This document shows positions 56,078-64,000 of a DNA stretch of 64,000 nt, piece by piece. The notes under the pieces were generated by a model, which ran no database searches, had not been told where the DNA came from, and worked only from the letters and a program-made list of their open reading frames with translations. This DNA comes from an uncultured Planctomycetales bacterium (GTDB lineage Bacteria > Omnitrophota > Gorgyraeia > Zapsychrales > JANLHA01): the NCBI GenBank assembly GCA_964474085.1, contig CAYYRJ010000012.1, positions 7,701 through 71,700 of the forward strand. The letters run 5' to 3'. Numbering within the stretch: the first letter of the stretch is position 1; each line of letters begins with the position of its first letter. Both the position numbers and the translations under genes were made by a program.

Positions 56078-57358
56078 TTAATGTTTAAAAAACTTCAAGA
56101 TAGGATTGGAAGAAGGCGGATTGATGCCAGGGTAACACTGCTTCAAATATTTCTGACTTGCCGTGGGAACAGTCGACCAAATTTTAGGATCTTGACAAAG
56201 AAATTGCTGAACGATTTTTGAGTCAATTTTAAGCCCACCGTTAATCATTTCCATCGACGCAGGTTCAGAAAAGAAAAAAGATTTAAGGCAATTCGAAAAA
56301 TTTTGTTCGGCTGAGAGAAGGTCTAAATGAAGCGGCAAAGCTGGATTGCCGCGCGCGCCAGGATAACTTTTTGCCGAACCCATAGCTTTAAACATAAGAT
56401 ATTTGTACAACGTCTCATGCTTAGGATGCACACCAATGATAAGATCCGTTACGCCTGCAACATACCGGGCATATTCATGCATAATTCTAAAAAGACGAAA
56501 AAGACGGGCCTGCTTATCAAGATTTGTCAGGGAAAACAATTTTTTCTTTTTATCTGCAGGAACGACCGCCAACAAACTAACTTCGGCAAGGACACGGCCA
56601 CTGCCGCGCAAATGATCCAGTTCGCGCGAAAACAAACTATCCATCGGTAAACCGCAGGGCGAGTCAACAACAACAGAAATTGTTCCGATTAAATTCCCAT
56701 TTTCTTTTAAGGAAAAAGTCCGCGATTGAGGCAAAAATGAATAATAATGATAATGCATCTTAGATTCGTTTGGTGTGCAATAGCGACGAGCGACGTAACC
56801 ATCATAAATAATACGATAGCACTCCTTAAGTTCCTCAAGCGATTGAACCGGAGCGGCAATAAGATTTTTGGTTAACTCCAAACCAATTTTGCAAAGCTTA
56901 TTAGCAATCAGGTAAACGAGTTTTTCTTTATGCGCAACATTGCGCATTGTCTTAAAGGCAACGCCGCACTCAACTGTTGTCGGCGCAGGCAAACGAGCCG
57001 AAAGCGGCTCAACCCAAACAACAACCCCTTTAATATCAATAGGCACAGGCGCATCCGGTAATTTCATCCGCAAGCTGATCTCTGTCCCAGGAGTAACGCC
57101 AGGCGGCAAGGCAAGCCGAATTCCAGTCGCTGAGTGATCAACACTTCTGCCAAGCAGCCACTTTGACCAACGATTTTTAACTCGATACCAAACCGGCACA
57201 TTAATCTCAACACGAGTCGATTGACGTCTTTCCTCAACAACAGCCTGCGAAAAACCGCCGCGGACAGTTTCGACATTGTCCTCTAGGACACCAACGCCAT
57301 AAGACCTCTGGGGGGAAAAAGAATTCAGGATTTTTTCGAAAATCTTCATTTTTATCAT
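56078..57358 (-). CDS. PilZ domain fused to a GNAT-fold N-acyl amino acid synthase-like domain (OlsB/FeeM/PEP-CTERM-associated NAS family), paralog 1
   Basis: PilZ motifs RRQSTR and DHSATG at the N-terminus; C-terminal YRIIYDGY...IGTISVVVDSPCGLPMD...AEVSLLAV pattern of the Acetyltransf_5 family. Confidence 0.7.
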   Translation of the reverse strand: MIKMKIFEKILNSFSPQRSYGVGVLEDNVETVRGGFSQAVVEERRQSTRVEINVPVWYRVKNRWSKWLLGRSVDHSATGIRLALPPGVTPGTEISLRMKLPDAPVPIDIKGVVVWVEPLSARLPAPTTVECGVAFKTMRNVAHKEKLVYLIANKLCKIGLELTKNLIAAPVQSLEELKECYRIIYDGYVARRYCTPNESKMHYHYYSFLPQSRTFSLKENGNLIGTISVVVDSPCGLPMDSLFSRELDHLRGSGRVLAEVSLLAVVPADKKKKLFSLTNLDKQARLFRLFRIMHEYARYVAGVTDLIIGVHPKHETLYKYLMFKAMGSAKSYPGARGNPALPLHLDLLSAEQNFSNCLKSFFFSEPASMEMINGGLKIDSKIVQQFLCQDPKIWSTVPTASQKYLKQCYPGINPPSSNPILKFFKH

Positions 57359-57372
57359 TGTTTTGCCTTAAT

Positions 57373-57508
57373 AAAAAATCCTATTCTTTATTTGCTTCAC
57401 TCATAAAGAATAGGACGTAAAGATCTCTCAATCTTTGGCAACTGGCTGCCCTTCGCATCGCGTGAGGGCCCTTTAGCTTTGTGTCCCATTCTTACGAATG
57501 GTTTACCT
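57373..57508 (-). promoter_or_regulatory. Candidate c-di-GMP-I (GEMM) riboswitch aptamer plus intrinsic terminator in the paralog 1 leader
   Basis: The minus-strand RNA GGUAAACCAUUCGUAAGAAUGGGACACAAAGCUAAAGGGCC... closely matches the Vc2 GEMM core GGCAAACCAUUCGAAAGAGUGGGACGCAAAGCC; it is followed by the hairpin gtcctattcttta...taaagaatagga plus U6. Confidence 0.55.
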
Positions 57509-57677
57509 TGATCCGATTAAACACTACATGTCGAGTATAGAATGTGTATCCATGCTATGCAAGAGAACAAATATAAAAATAATGGCCCATAAATCATTGA
57601 TATAAAAACACTTACGAATAAATCATAAAATTTAATCATAAGAAAAATTAAATATGTTAAATCAAATTCTTTTTAAT

Positions 57678-58931
57678 TTAAAAATCTTCTCCTTCACACG
57701 AATTTTCTAAATAGATTTGCTTAAAATACACTTTCGCTTTTTCCGGCATTTTCGGCCAAACCAGCTGATCTTCACACAAAAATTTGCGAACGACTTGACC
57801 ATTAGGGACAAAACCGCTGCGCAAAATTTCCCCCGGAATCGAGCGATCCATAAAGAAATCCCTTAAACAGCTTGTATAATTCTCATTGGCTGCATGTAAA
57901 TCCAAATGCAAAGGCAAAGCCGGATTACCGCGCGCCTCGGGATAACTTTTTGGCGAACCCAAATTTCTAAACAGCAAATATTTGTACAATGTCTCGTGTT
58001 TAGGATGAACGCCAATAACAAAATCCGTAACTCCAGCAACATAGTGAGCATATTCGTACATGATTTTAAAAAGACGAAAAAGTTTCATTTGCTTCTCAAA
58101 ATTTGTCAGCGAAAAAAGGTTTTTCTTTTTTTCAAGATGCACCATGGCCAACAAACTGACCTCAGCCAACTTGCGGCTCCCACCCCGAAGCCAATTGATC
58201 TCCCGCGAAAAAAGATTATCCATCGGCAAACCGCAGGGTGAGTCGACGATAAGCGAAATTGTCCCGAGTATCTGTTCTTTATCTTTTAAAACAAACGTGC
58301 GGGATTCGGGCAGAAATGAATAGTAGTGGTAATACATCCGGCTGGAATTAGCAGCGCAATACCCTCGAGCCGTATAACCTTCATAAACAATCCGATAACA
58401 TGCCTTTAAATCTTCAAGCGTCTGAACAGGAGCGGCTGTCAAATGTTTCGTAGCTTTGATTCCCAAATGACAAAGCTTATTGGCAATCAGATAGATTAAT
58501 TTTTCTTTATGTGTATTTTCCTGAACTCTGTTAAAAACAACACCGCATTCGATAACGCGCTTCTGCGCATAACGATGCGACGTCTGCGCAACCCAAACGA
58601 CAACCCCCTGCATATGAATCAGATGATTGACTTCAGGCAAAGATATTTTCATTTCGATCTCTGTCCCGGGTTTGACGGGTGAAAGCAACACGAACCGAAT
58701 CCCGCTGCTAGAATAGTCTCGGCTTATCGTCGATTGCCAAGGGGACATCACCCCTTTTATACGGTAGGAAACTGGCGCCCCGACAGAAAGCCGTGTGGCT
58801 TGGCGCATTTCACTAAAACGAGGGAAACCCAGCACGGCTTGGTTCGCATAATGCCCTTCGAGAACCTGTGCGCTTTCGATTGATTTACCGCCGGTAAAAA
58901 GCTGAAAAATATTGCCAAAGAAATTTACCAT
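57678..58931 (-). CDS. PilZ domain fused to a GNAT-fold N-acyl amino acid synthase-like domain, paralog 2
   Basis: PilZ motifs RQATR and DYSSSG; the C-terminal domain is about 75% identical to paralog 1. Confidence 0.7.
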   Translation of the reverse strand: MVNFFGNIFQLFTGGKSIESAQVLEGHYANQAVLGFPRFSEMRQATRLSVGAPVSYRIKGVMSPWQSTISRDYSSSGIRFVLLSPVKPGTEIEMKISLPEVNHLIHMQGVVVWVAQTSHRYAQKRVIECGVVFNRVQENTHKEKLIYLIANKLCHLGIKATKHLTAAPVQTLEDLKACYRIVYEGYTARGYCAANSSRMYYHYYSFLPESRTFVLKDKEQILGTISLIVDSPCGLPMDNLFSREINWLRGGSRKLAEVSLLAMVHLEKKKNLFSLTNFEKQMKLFRLFKIMYEYAHYVAGVTDFVIGVHPKHETLYKYLLFRNLGSPKSYPEARGNPALPLHLDLHAANENYTSCLRDFFMDRSIPGEILRSGFVPNGQVVRKFLCEDQLVWPKMPEKAKVYFKQIYLENSCEGEDF

Positions 58932-58942
58932 AGCCTGCCCTT

Positions 58943-59073
58943 AAAATAAAAAATCCTATTCTAGAGAATTCGCAAGAATAGGACAAAGGGACCTTTGGCT
59001 CGGCAACTGGCTACCCTTCGCGATCGCGTGAGGGCCCTATAGCTTTGTGTCCCATTCTTACGAATGGTTTACC
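58943..59073 (-). promoter_or_regulatory. Second copy of the candidate GEMM riboswitch plus terminator, in the paralog 2 leader
   Basis: Same aptamer core; the differences from copy 1 keep the predicted pairing (cgcgatgcg versus cgcgatcgcg); terminator gtcctattcttgcgaattctctagaataggaTTTTTT. Confidence 0.55.
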
Positions 59074-59148
59074 TTTTCGGTCAACTACGCTAAAAGTATA
59101 AAATACGAACAGGCCCTGCGCAAGGGCCTGTATGATAATAGAGAAAGC

Positions 59149-60666
59149 TTAAAATTTATAGATAAGTTCGCTGTACCAGCGACTTTTATTACGCAATAGC
59201 CCAAAGCTTCCTGAAGAATTGCCCGAAAAAATATCGGCCCCGACAGAAGCTTGCCAATTATCCGTCAAGTTGTATTTCAGCTTAGACTGATAAAGAAAAT
59301 CCGGCGCATTAAGTCCATAAATCACCAGAAATTCGGTCTGCAGTTTACGATTTAAAAAATCACGGCTCAACCGCAAAGAAAAAGAATTATTGAATTTGTC
59401 CACATTGACCATGGATTTTGCATGTTCGAAAATTATATTTTGAATAAACTGGGCATTAACGTCGATCTTATCAAAAAAAGTGTAATCTGCTCCGAGAAGA
59501 TATTCCAAATGCCCGCTGCGGGCAATACCATCCGAATCCGCAATGTCAGCGACGGGAAAAAAATCGTCCTTCGTATAAACAAAATCCCCTTTTAAAACGA
59601 TATCATGAATTTCCTTAGAAACCGTCGCCCCAAAAGTATCCAGCCTCTTATACTGCGGGTCAAACTCATAAATGCCAGCATCAAGCGTTCGGTACAAAAC
59701 CGGCGACTGCGTCCAACTATGTAAATAAAAAACGCCGGCATCAAACCCTTCCCACAAATAATTAAACCGTGTGCCCACCTTGCTATTTTCCAAACTTATT
59801 TTCGGCGCTTTCACATCGTGATACGTAAACGGCGTGCCTTGCGCAAGCGGCAGCGGGTAAGCAAACTCCGAGCCGCTGACCCCTAATTTGTTAAATTCAA
59901 TGCCCGGGAGAATAACAAACTCAGAATGAAAATTGTCCTGTGTATATTCCAAATTTGTTCCCCACTCGGGAATACGAATACTGTCAAAATCCGGCAAAAT
60001 AGATTCCCGTAAATCCTTGGCATTAACCACATCCGCGACAAAAACCCCAACAGCCTCGCCCCAAACCACCTGTTGTTTCCCAAGACGCAAATCCCACGGT
60101 CCCGTCGAATAATCAAGATAGGTATCCCGCAGCTGCATTTCAAAACGCCCGTCAGAGGTCGCACTATCCGAGTAATAATTTCCAACATCATACGCGGCAT
60201 CATAATAAGTTCGTCCGCTAATCCGATAGCGAAGCGCCGGCAAAAGTTCTCCACGGCCAGTTAAAGAGAGCTGACTTTTAACTTTTGAAAATTCCGAGGG
60301 ACTGTAAATATGGTGCGCGACTTCAAAGCGCGTGTTGCCTTGAATAACCATGGTTGGCTCAAAAGAACTTTCTTGAGGGGGATATTGCTCTTGAACATCG
60401 GACTCTTCTTGCGTTTGTTCGTCTGCTTGATCTTGGGATTGTTCTTGTGTTTGCGTCTGTTCGAAAGAACCCTGTTGTTCATAACGTTCAAGCGCCTGCT
60501 TAATCTTTAGGTCCCGCTTTTGCGCCTGACTTTCAAAATTTTCAAGCACCTGGGCAATAAACTGTTCACGCGACGGATCTTGCAAAATCTCTTCATCCGC
60601 CTGGGCGCACGCAACAGCACCGCACAACAACAAAAGCGCAAGAAAAATAACCGAGCATCGTTTCAT
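59149..60666 (-). CDS. DUF1302-family outer-membrane protein with an acidic Q/E-rich N-terminal region
   Basis: Signal peptide; GKQQVVWGEAVG hallmark; beta-barrel-like C-terminus ending YKF. Confidence 0.6.
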   Translation of the reverse strand: MKRCSVIFLALLLLCGAVACAQADEEILQDPSREQFIAQVLENFESQAQKRDLKIKQALERYEQQGSFEQTQTQEQSQDQADEQTQEESDVQEQYPPQESSFEPTMVIQGNTRFEVAHHIYSPSEFSKVKSQLSLTGRGELLPALRYRISGRTYYDAAYDVGNYYSDSATSDGRFEMQLRDTYLDYSTGPWDLRLGKQQVVWGEAVGVFVADVVNAKDLRESILPDFDSIRIPEWGTNLEYTQDNFHSEFVILPGIEFNKLGVSGSEFAYPLPLAQGTPFTYHDVKAPKISLENSKVGTRFNYLWEGFDAGVFYLHSWTQSPVLYRTLDAGIYEFDPQYKRLDTFGATVSKEIHDIVLKGDFVYTKDDFFPVADIADSDGIARSGHLEYLLGADYTFFDKIDVNAQFIQNIIFEHAKSMVNVDKFNNSFSLRLSRDFLNRKLQTEFLVIYGLNAPDFLYQSKLKYNLTDNWQASVGADIFSGNSSGSFGLLRNKSRWYSELIYKF

Positions 60667-61421
60667 TAGAAAACCATTTTCTTTAAATAGTCACGGGTAA
60701 AATACTTATCAGCAATTTTCCCGACTTCAATTTTGTCATACTCAATCACAGAATACTGGCCCTCATTGATAACATCATTTAAAACCATCCTCGAAGGGCG
60801 CATCCGACCGGCGAGCATTTTATAATTTTCATAAGAACACGTTTTTAATAATCGCCCGCTGTTTGTATAAAATTGGGCCTTCCAAGGCCAAAATTTCTTT
60901 TGCTCGACCCAGAGAACAATTTTGTCATACGTTGTCTTTTTATCTTTTGCCTTTAATTCCAAAACATAATATTTCTTTTCATTTATAGAATCTTCCTGCA
61001 AAAACTGGGCATTATAATCGGCAAAAAAATTAATCCGCGCGATATCGCCATTGGCAATGTCGCCTAAGAACCGCTCCTCAGCGGCAATCCGCAAAGGCTT
61101 GGACACCTCCGGAAAGAAAAACCAAAAATCATTGTCACGCATCAGAATCACCCGCCCGCGTTCATTGGCCGGCTGCAGCGTCCGAACGATCGTTTTTTCA
61201 CGACCCTGCATCTGCACCTGATAAAGTGCAGACTGCACAGTGCCGTTGACCTTATAGCTGCTGACTCGCGCCACCAAAGAAAAATCCTCATCGGGACAAC
61301 GAATCTGATCAACTTGTTTTAAAATTCCCGCAGGATTGATATTTGTCTCAGCAAAAACTCTCGCAGAAAAAAGAAGACCAAGGGAAAAAATAACAGCAAA
61401 GACAATATTACAGCTTTTCAT
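60666..61421 (-). CDS. LolA-like outer-membrane lipoprotein-sorting fold protein
   Basis: Signal peptide; 251-aa periplasmic protein resembling the LolA-like/DUF4292 family, which is often encoded next to FtsX-type permeases. Confidence 0.55.
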   Translation of the reverse strand: MKSCNIVFAVIFSLGLLFSARVFAETNINPAGILKQVDQIRCPDEDFSLVARVSSYKVNGTVQSALYQVQMQGREKTIVRTLQPANERGRVILMRDNDFWFFFPEVSKPLRIAAEERFLGDIANGDIARINFFADYNAQFLQEDSINEKKYYVLELKAKDKKTTYDKIVLWVEQKKFWPWKAQFYTNSGRLLKTCSYENYKMLAGRMRPSRMVLNDVINEGQYSVIEYDKIEVGKIADKYFTRDYLKKMVF

Positions 61422-61443
61422 CGCTTTGTCCTTTCATTATTTC

Positions 61444-62736
61444 CTAGCGATAACGCAAAGCTTCCGTAATGACAAGCCGCGAAGCTTTGAGCGCAGGAGT
61501 TAACGACGAAATTCCGCTGACAACGACCGTCAAAACGAACGTCGAAAAAATAACTGAAGGGATAGTCGCAGGCGTGGATAACCAATGCGATGTCCCACCC
61601 GGGGGAGGTGGCATTTCAATGCCCACAGAAGAAGCGAGACTCACCACCGCAACGCCAGCCATACACCCTAAAAATCCACCGATAATTCCCAAAACAAGAC
61701 CTTCAAAAAGAAAAAGTTTCATCACACTAGCTCGACGTGTGCCCAAAGCCATGAGTGTGCCAATTTCGCTGATGCGTTCCAAAACCGACATATTCATCGT
61801 ATTGAAAATACCCAAAATAACGACCGTGCCAATGACAATTTGCATAATCCAGTAAAACATGCCAAAAAGCGACACTGTTTTATGATAAAAATCCGCTGAA
61901 TCTTCCCAGCGAGTCAGCTCCAAATCGAGCTTTTTATCCCGAATCATGACCTGCAGCGCTTTAAAAACCTTTGTCGTGTCTTCGGTCTTATAAAGTTTAA
62001 TAACTAAGGACTGGACCGCTTGCGTGTCTAAAAGGCTCTGCGCTGTTGAAAGCGGCATACGCAAAAATATATCATCAAACTCTTTCTGCGCTGTTTGAAA
62101 AGCACCTTTGACGCTCATGTCAAAAGCATTCGTTGCCCCATGAACCGTACTGGTCAAAACGGTAATCGGGCTGTCAACAGAAGTCTTCATCGTTTCGGCA
62201 AGCCCTTTACCTAAAATCACCTGATAAACATCGTCGACAGCAAGGCCTTTGCCAAATACGGTCACCGGCAAACCGTTATTTTTGGATTTAACAAACTGCC
62301 GCAGATTTTTTGTTTCCTCCAAAAGTGCAACTCGTTCATTTTCGGGCTCAACGCCCTGGCCAATAAAAGAAATCGCATTATCGCCAGTGCTGATTAACCC
62401 CGAAAATTGTAAACGAGAAGTTACAAACTCCACCTCCCCCAGACTCTTAACTAAAGCTTTAACATCTTGCGGATGATCAATCAAATATGCATAGGGCTGA
62501 ATCTTTCCATGTTCGCTAAAACCTCGACGATAAATCTGAACATGTCCCAACTGTGAACCAATATACGACTCGCGAATTTGATGAAAAAGATCTTCAAAAA
62601 ACCCGCCAATAAAAATCAAAGCCACACAGCCAAAGGCAATGGTCGAAAGCGTAACCATCGACCGCGCCTTATGCCTAAAAATATTTCGCAACGCTAATTT
62701 TAACGTTATCATTCCTGTATGATCTTTCTGTCCCAA
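61444..62736 (-). CDS. FtsX-like ABC transporter permease (LolCE/MacB-type)
   Basis: N-terminal TM helix, large periplasmic domain, and a C-terminal three-TM FtsX domain (ISEIGTLMALGTRRASV). Confidence 0.8.
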   Translation of the reverse strand: MGQKDHTGMITLKLALRNIFRHKARSMVTLSTIAFGCVALIFIGGFFEDLFHQIRESYIGSQLGHVQIYRRGFSEHGKIQPYAYLIDHPQDVKALVKSLGEVEFVTSRLQFSGLISTGDNAISFIGQGVEPENERVALLEETKNLRQFVKSKNNGLPVTVFGKGLAVDDVYQVILGKGLAETMKTSVDSPITVLTSTVHGATNAFDMSVKGAFQTAQKEFDDIFLRMPLSTAQSLLDTQAVQSLVIKLYKTEDTTKVFKALQVMIRDKKLDLELTRWEDSADFYHKTVSLFGMFYWIMQIVIGTVVILGIFNTMNMSVLERISEIGTLMALGTRRASVMKLFLFEGLVLGIIGGFLGCMAGVAVVSLASSVGIEMPPPPGGTSHWLSTPATIPSVIFSTFVLTVVVSGISSLTPALKASRLVITEALRYR

Positions 62737-62846
62737 ACCCAGATAAAATAATTACGCCACTATTGAGTAGCGCAACGCTTAATAAATGCAAAAAATAACT
62801 TTTGGAAACATTGGATATTTCTATTGAGGACATAACAACTCTATGA

Positions 62847-63527
62847 TTAAGAAAAGACTGGTTTTCGCAATACAAGATTAAAACAATTTCCACGAATTTC
62901 TTCTAAATCTATTGTGAAACCAGTTTTTAAAAAACGTTGGCGGATATCTTCTTTTTCATATGGCGTAAATAAAATGCCTTTGCGCATCCCCCAATCATTA
63001 ATCCGTTGCGCAATATTCTTAAAAAACTTACCGCCAGAGCGGGGGTAAAGAAGAACATTTGCTGCTAATTTCCCTCCCGGCTTAAGAACACGATACGCCT
63101 GCTGCAAAGCTCCATCAACATCAGGAAAACAATGGATCGCATTCGCAATATTAATACTGTCAAACGAATCACTCCTAAAATTCATCTGGGCGACGTCGAC
63201 AAGAAAAAGCTCAATATCAATCTTTCCCGAAAACCGTTTAATCGCACCGGCAAGCATCGATTGCGCATAATCAATCCCTGTAACATCAATTCGCCCAAGT
63301 CGTTTTAATTTACGGTAACCTAAAATCAAATCAAAAAAAGTACCGCTACCAATAGCTACTTCAAGGTGTTTAGGCCCAAGATTACCACCAAAAAAACGCA
63401 CCTGTTCAAATAACCCTGCACGATAAGATAATTTCAAAATAAAAAAACCCCGTAAATCATACCACCAAGGCTCCGATTTATAAGCTTGGGCTATTTCATC
63501 GTGTGTTTTTACTTTTTTTATATTCAT
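62847..63527 (-). CDS. Class I SAM-dependent methyltransferase
   Basis: Motif I/II pattern (VTGIDYAQSML...LKPGGKLAANVL); lies between two FtsX-permease paralogs. Confidence 0.7.
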   Translation of the reverse strand: MNIKKVKTHDEIAQAYKSEPWWYDLRGFFILKLSYRAGLFEQVRFFGGNLGPKHLEVAIGSGTFFDLILGYRKLKRLGRIDVTGIDYAQSMLAGAIKRFSGKIDIELFLVDVAQMNFRSDSFDSINIANAIHCFPDVDGALQQAYRVLKPGGKLAANVLLYPRSGGKFFKNIAQRINDWGMRKGILFTPYEKEDIRQRFLKTGFTIDLEEIRGNCFNLVLRKPVFS

Positions 63528-63563
63528 ATCTGCCCTTTGTTAAAAAACTGAGTTGAAATAAAA

Positions 63564-64000
63564 TTATCGATATCGCAATGCCGTCGTAATCTGCATCCGT
63601 GAAGCTTTATAAGCCGGGTACAACGCTGAAATTCCGCCGACACATACCGACATAAAAAAAGTTGAAACGACCACCGGCTCAACAACAAACGGCGCAGAAA
63701 TCCATTTCATCGTTGCTCCCGGAGGCGGCGGCATAATAATACCGACATGACCAATGACGCTAACAACCAAAATTCCCACTAAAACGCCAAGGACCCCGCC
63801 AATAATTCCTAAAAGAAAACCTTCCAAAAGAAACAATTTCATCACTGCCCCCTGACGTATCCCCAGCGCCATAATCGTCCCGATTTCACTGATTCGTTCC
63901 ATGACCGACATGTTTAAAGTATTAAAAATACCCAAGATAACAATCATGACCGTCACCACACGCATAATCAGATAAAACTGGTTAAACATCTTGACCGTTT
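63564..64000 (-). CDS. FtsX-like ABC permease paralog, C-terminal part (gene continues past window end)
   Basis: ISEIGTIMALGIRQGAV...MPPPPG...YPAYKASRMQITTALRYR is very similar to the C-terminus of the 61444..62736 gene product. Confidence 0.7.
   Translation of the reverse strand, partial: TVKMFNQFYLIMRVVTVMIVILGIFNTLNMSVMERISEIGTIMALGIRQGAVMKLFLLEGFLLGIIGGVLGVLVGILVVSVIGHVGIIMPPPPGATMKWISAPFVVEPVVVSTFFMSVCVGGISALYPAYKASRMQITTALRYR

Noticed and set aside
1-64000. Search for CRISPR arrays, cas genes, transposases, integrases, toxin-antitoxin pairs or restriction-modification genes
   Set aside because: No direct-repeat/spacer arrays and no ORFs with recognisable transposase, integrase, nuclease or methylase defence signatures were seen. 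The one SAM methyltransferase at 62847..63527 looks like a small-molecule or protein UbiE-type enzyme, not a DNA methyltransferase.

Overview
The window is 64 kb of a diderm (Gram-negative-type) bacterial chromosome. Genes are densely packed, mostly on the minus strand. I found no rRNA, tRNA, CRISPR array, transposase or prophage genes. In order along the window:
(1) A Pho-regulon block: the pstB 5' end, pstA, pstC, pstS, a porin, phoR and phoB. It carries a candidate Pho box, and ppk1 and ppx lie nearby.
(2) A four-gene c-type cytochrome / outer-membrane beta-barrel cluster next to hemA. It reads as a trans-envelope porin-cytochrome electron conduit.
(3) A five-gene lipid-modification operon (DUF1295, CFA-synthase-like, FAD oxidoreductase, DUF1365, CFA-synthase-like). 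Its architecture matches the alphaproteobacterial furan-fatty-acid (UfaM/UfaD/UfaO) cluster. A PAS-LuxR regulator, a multi-PAS histidine kinase and a receiver protein follow it.
(4) pckG, a SulP transporter, an ABC-F ATPase, and a secreted protein of about 1417 aa with no family assignment.
(5) A lysophospholipid-recycling triple fusion (MFS transporter + PlsC acyltransferase + acyl-ACP synthetase) flanked by alpha/beta-hydrolase paralogs.
(6) A polysaccharide O-acylation cluster: MBOAT, an SGNH partner, a GDSL hydrolase and a glycoside hydrolase.
(7) Two tandem paralogs in which a PilZ domain is fused to a GNAT-type N-acyl amino acid synthase. Each is preceded by a leader closely resembling the c-di-GMP-I (GEMM) riboswitch plus an intrinsic terminator.
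(8) An FtsX-permease pair with a LolA-like protein and a DUF1302-like outer-membrane barrel.
Three intergenic copies of a hairpin element with a conserved ~40-nt core and covarying arms are also present, along with other GC-rich palindromic elements.
The most novel signals are the riboswitch-controlled PilZ-acyltransferase pair, the porin-cytochrome module and the covarying hairpin repeat family.
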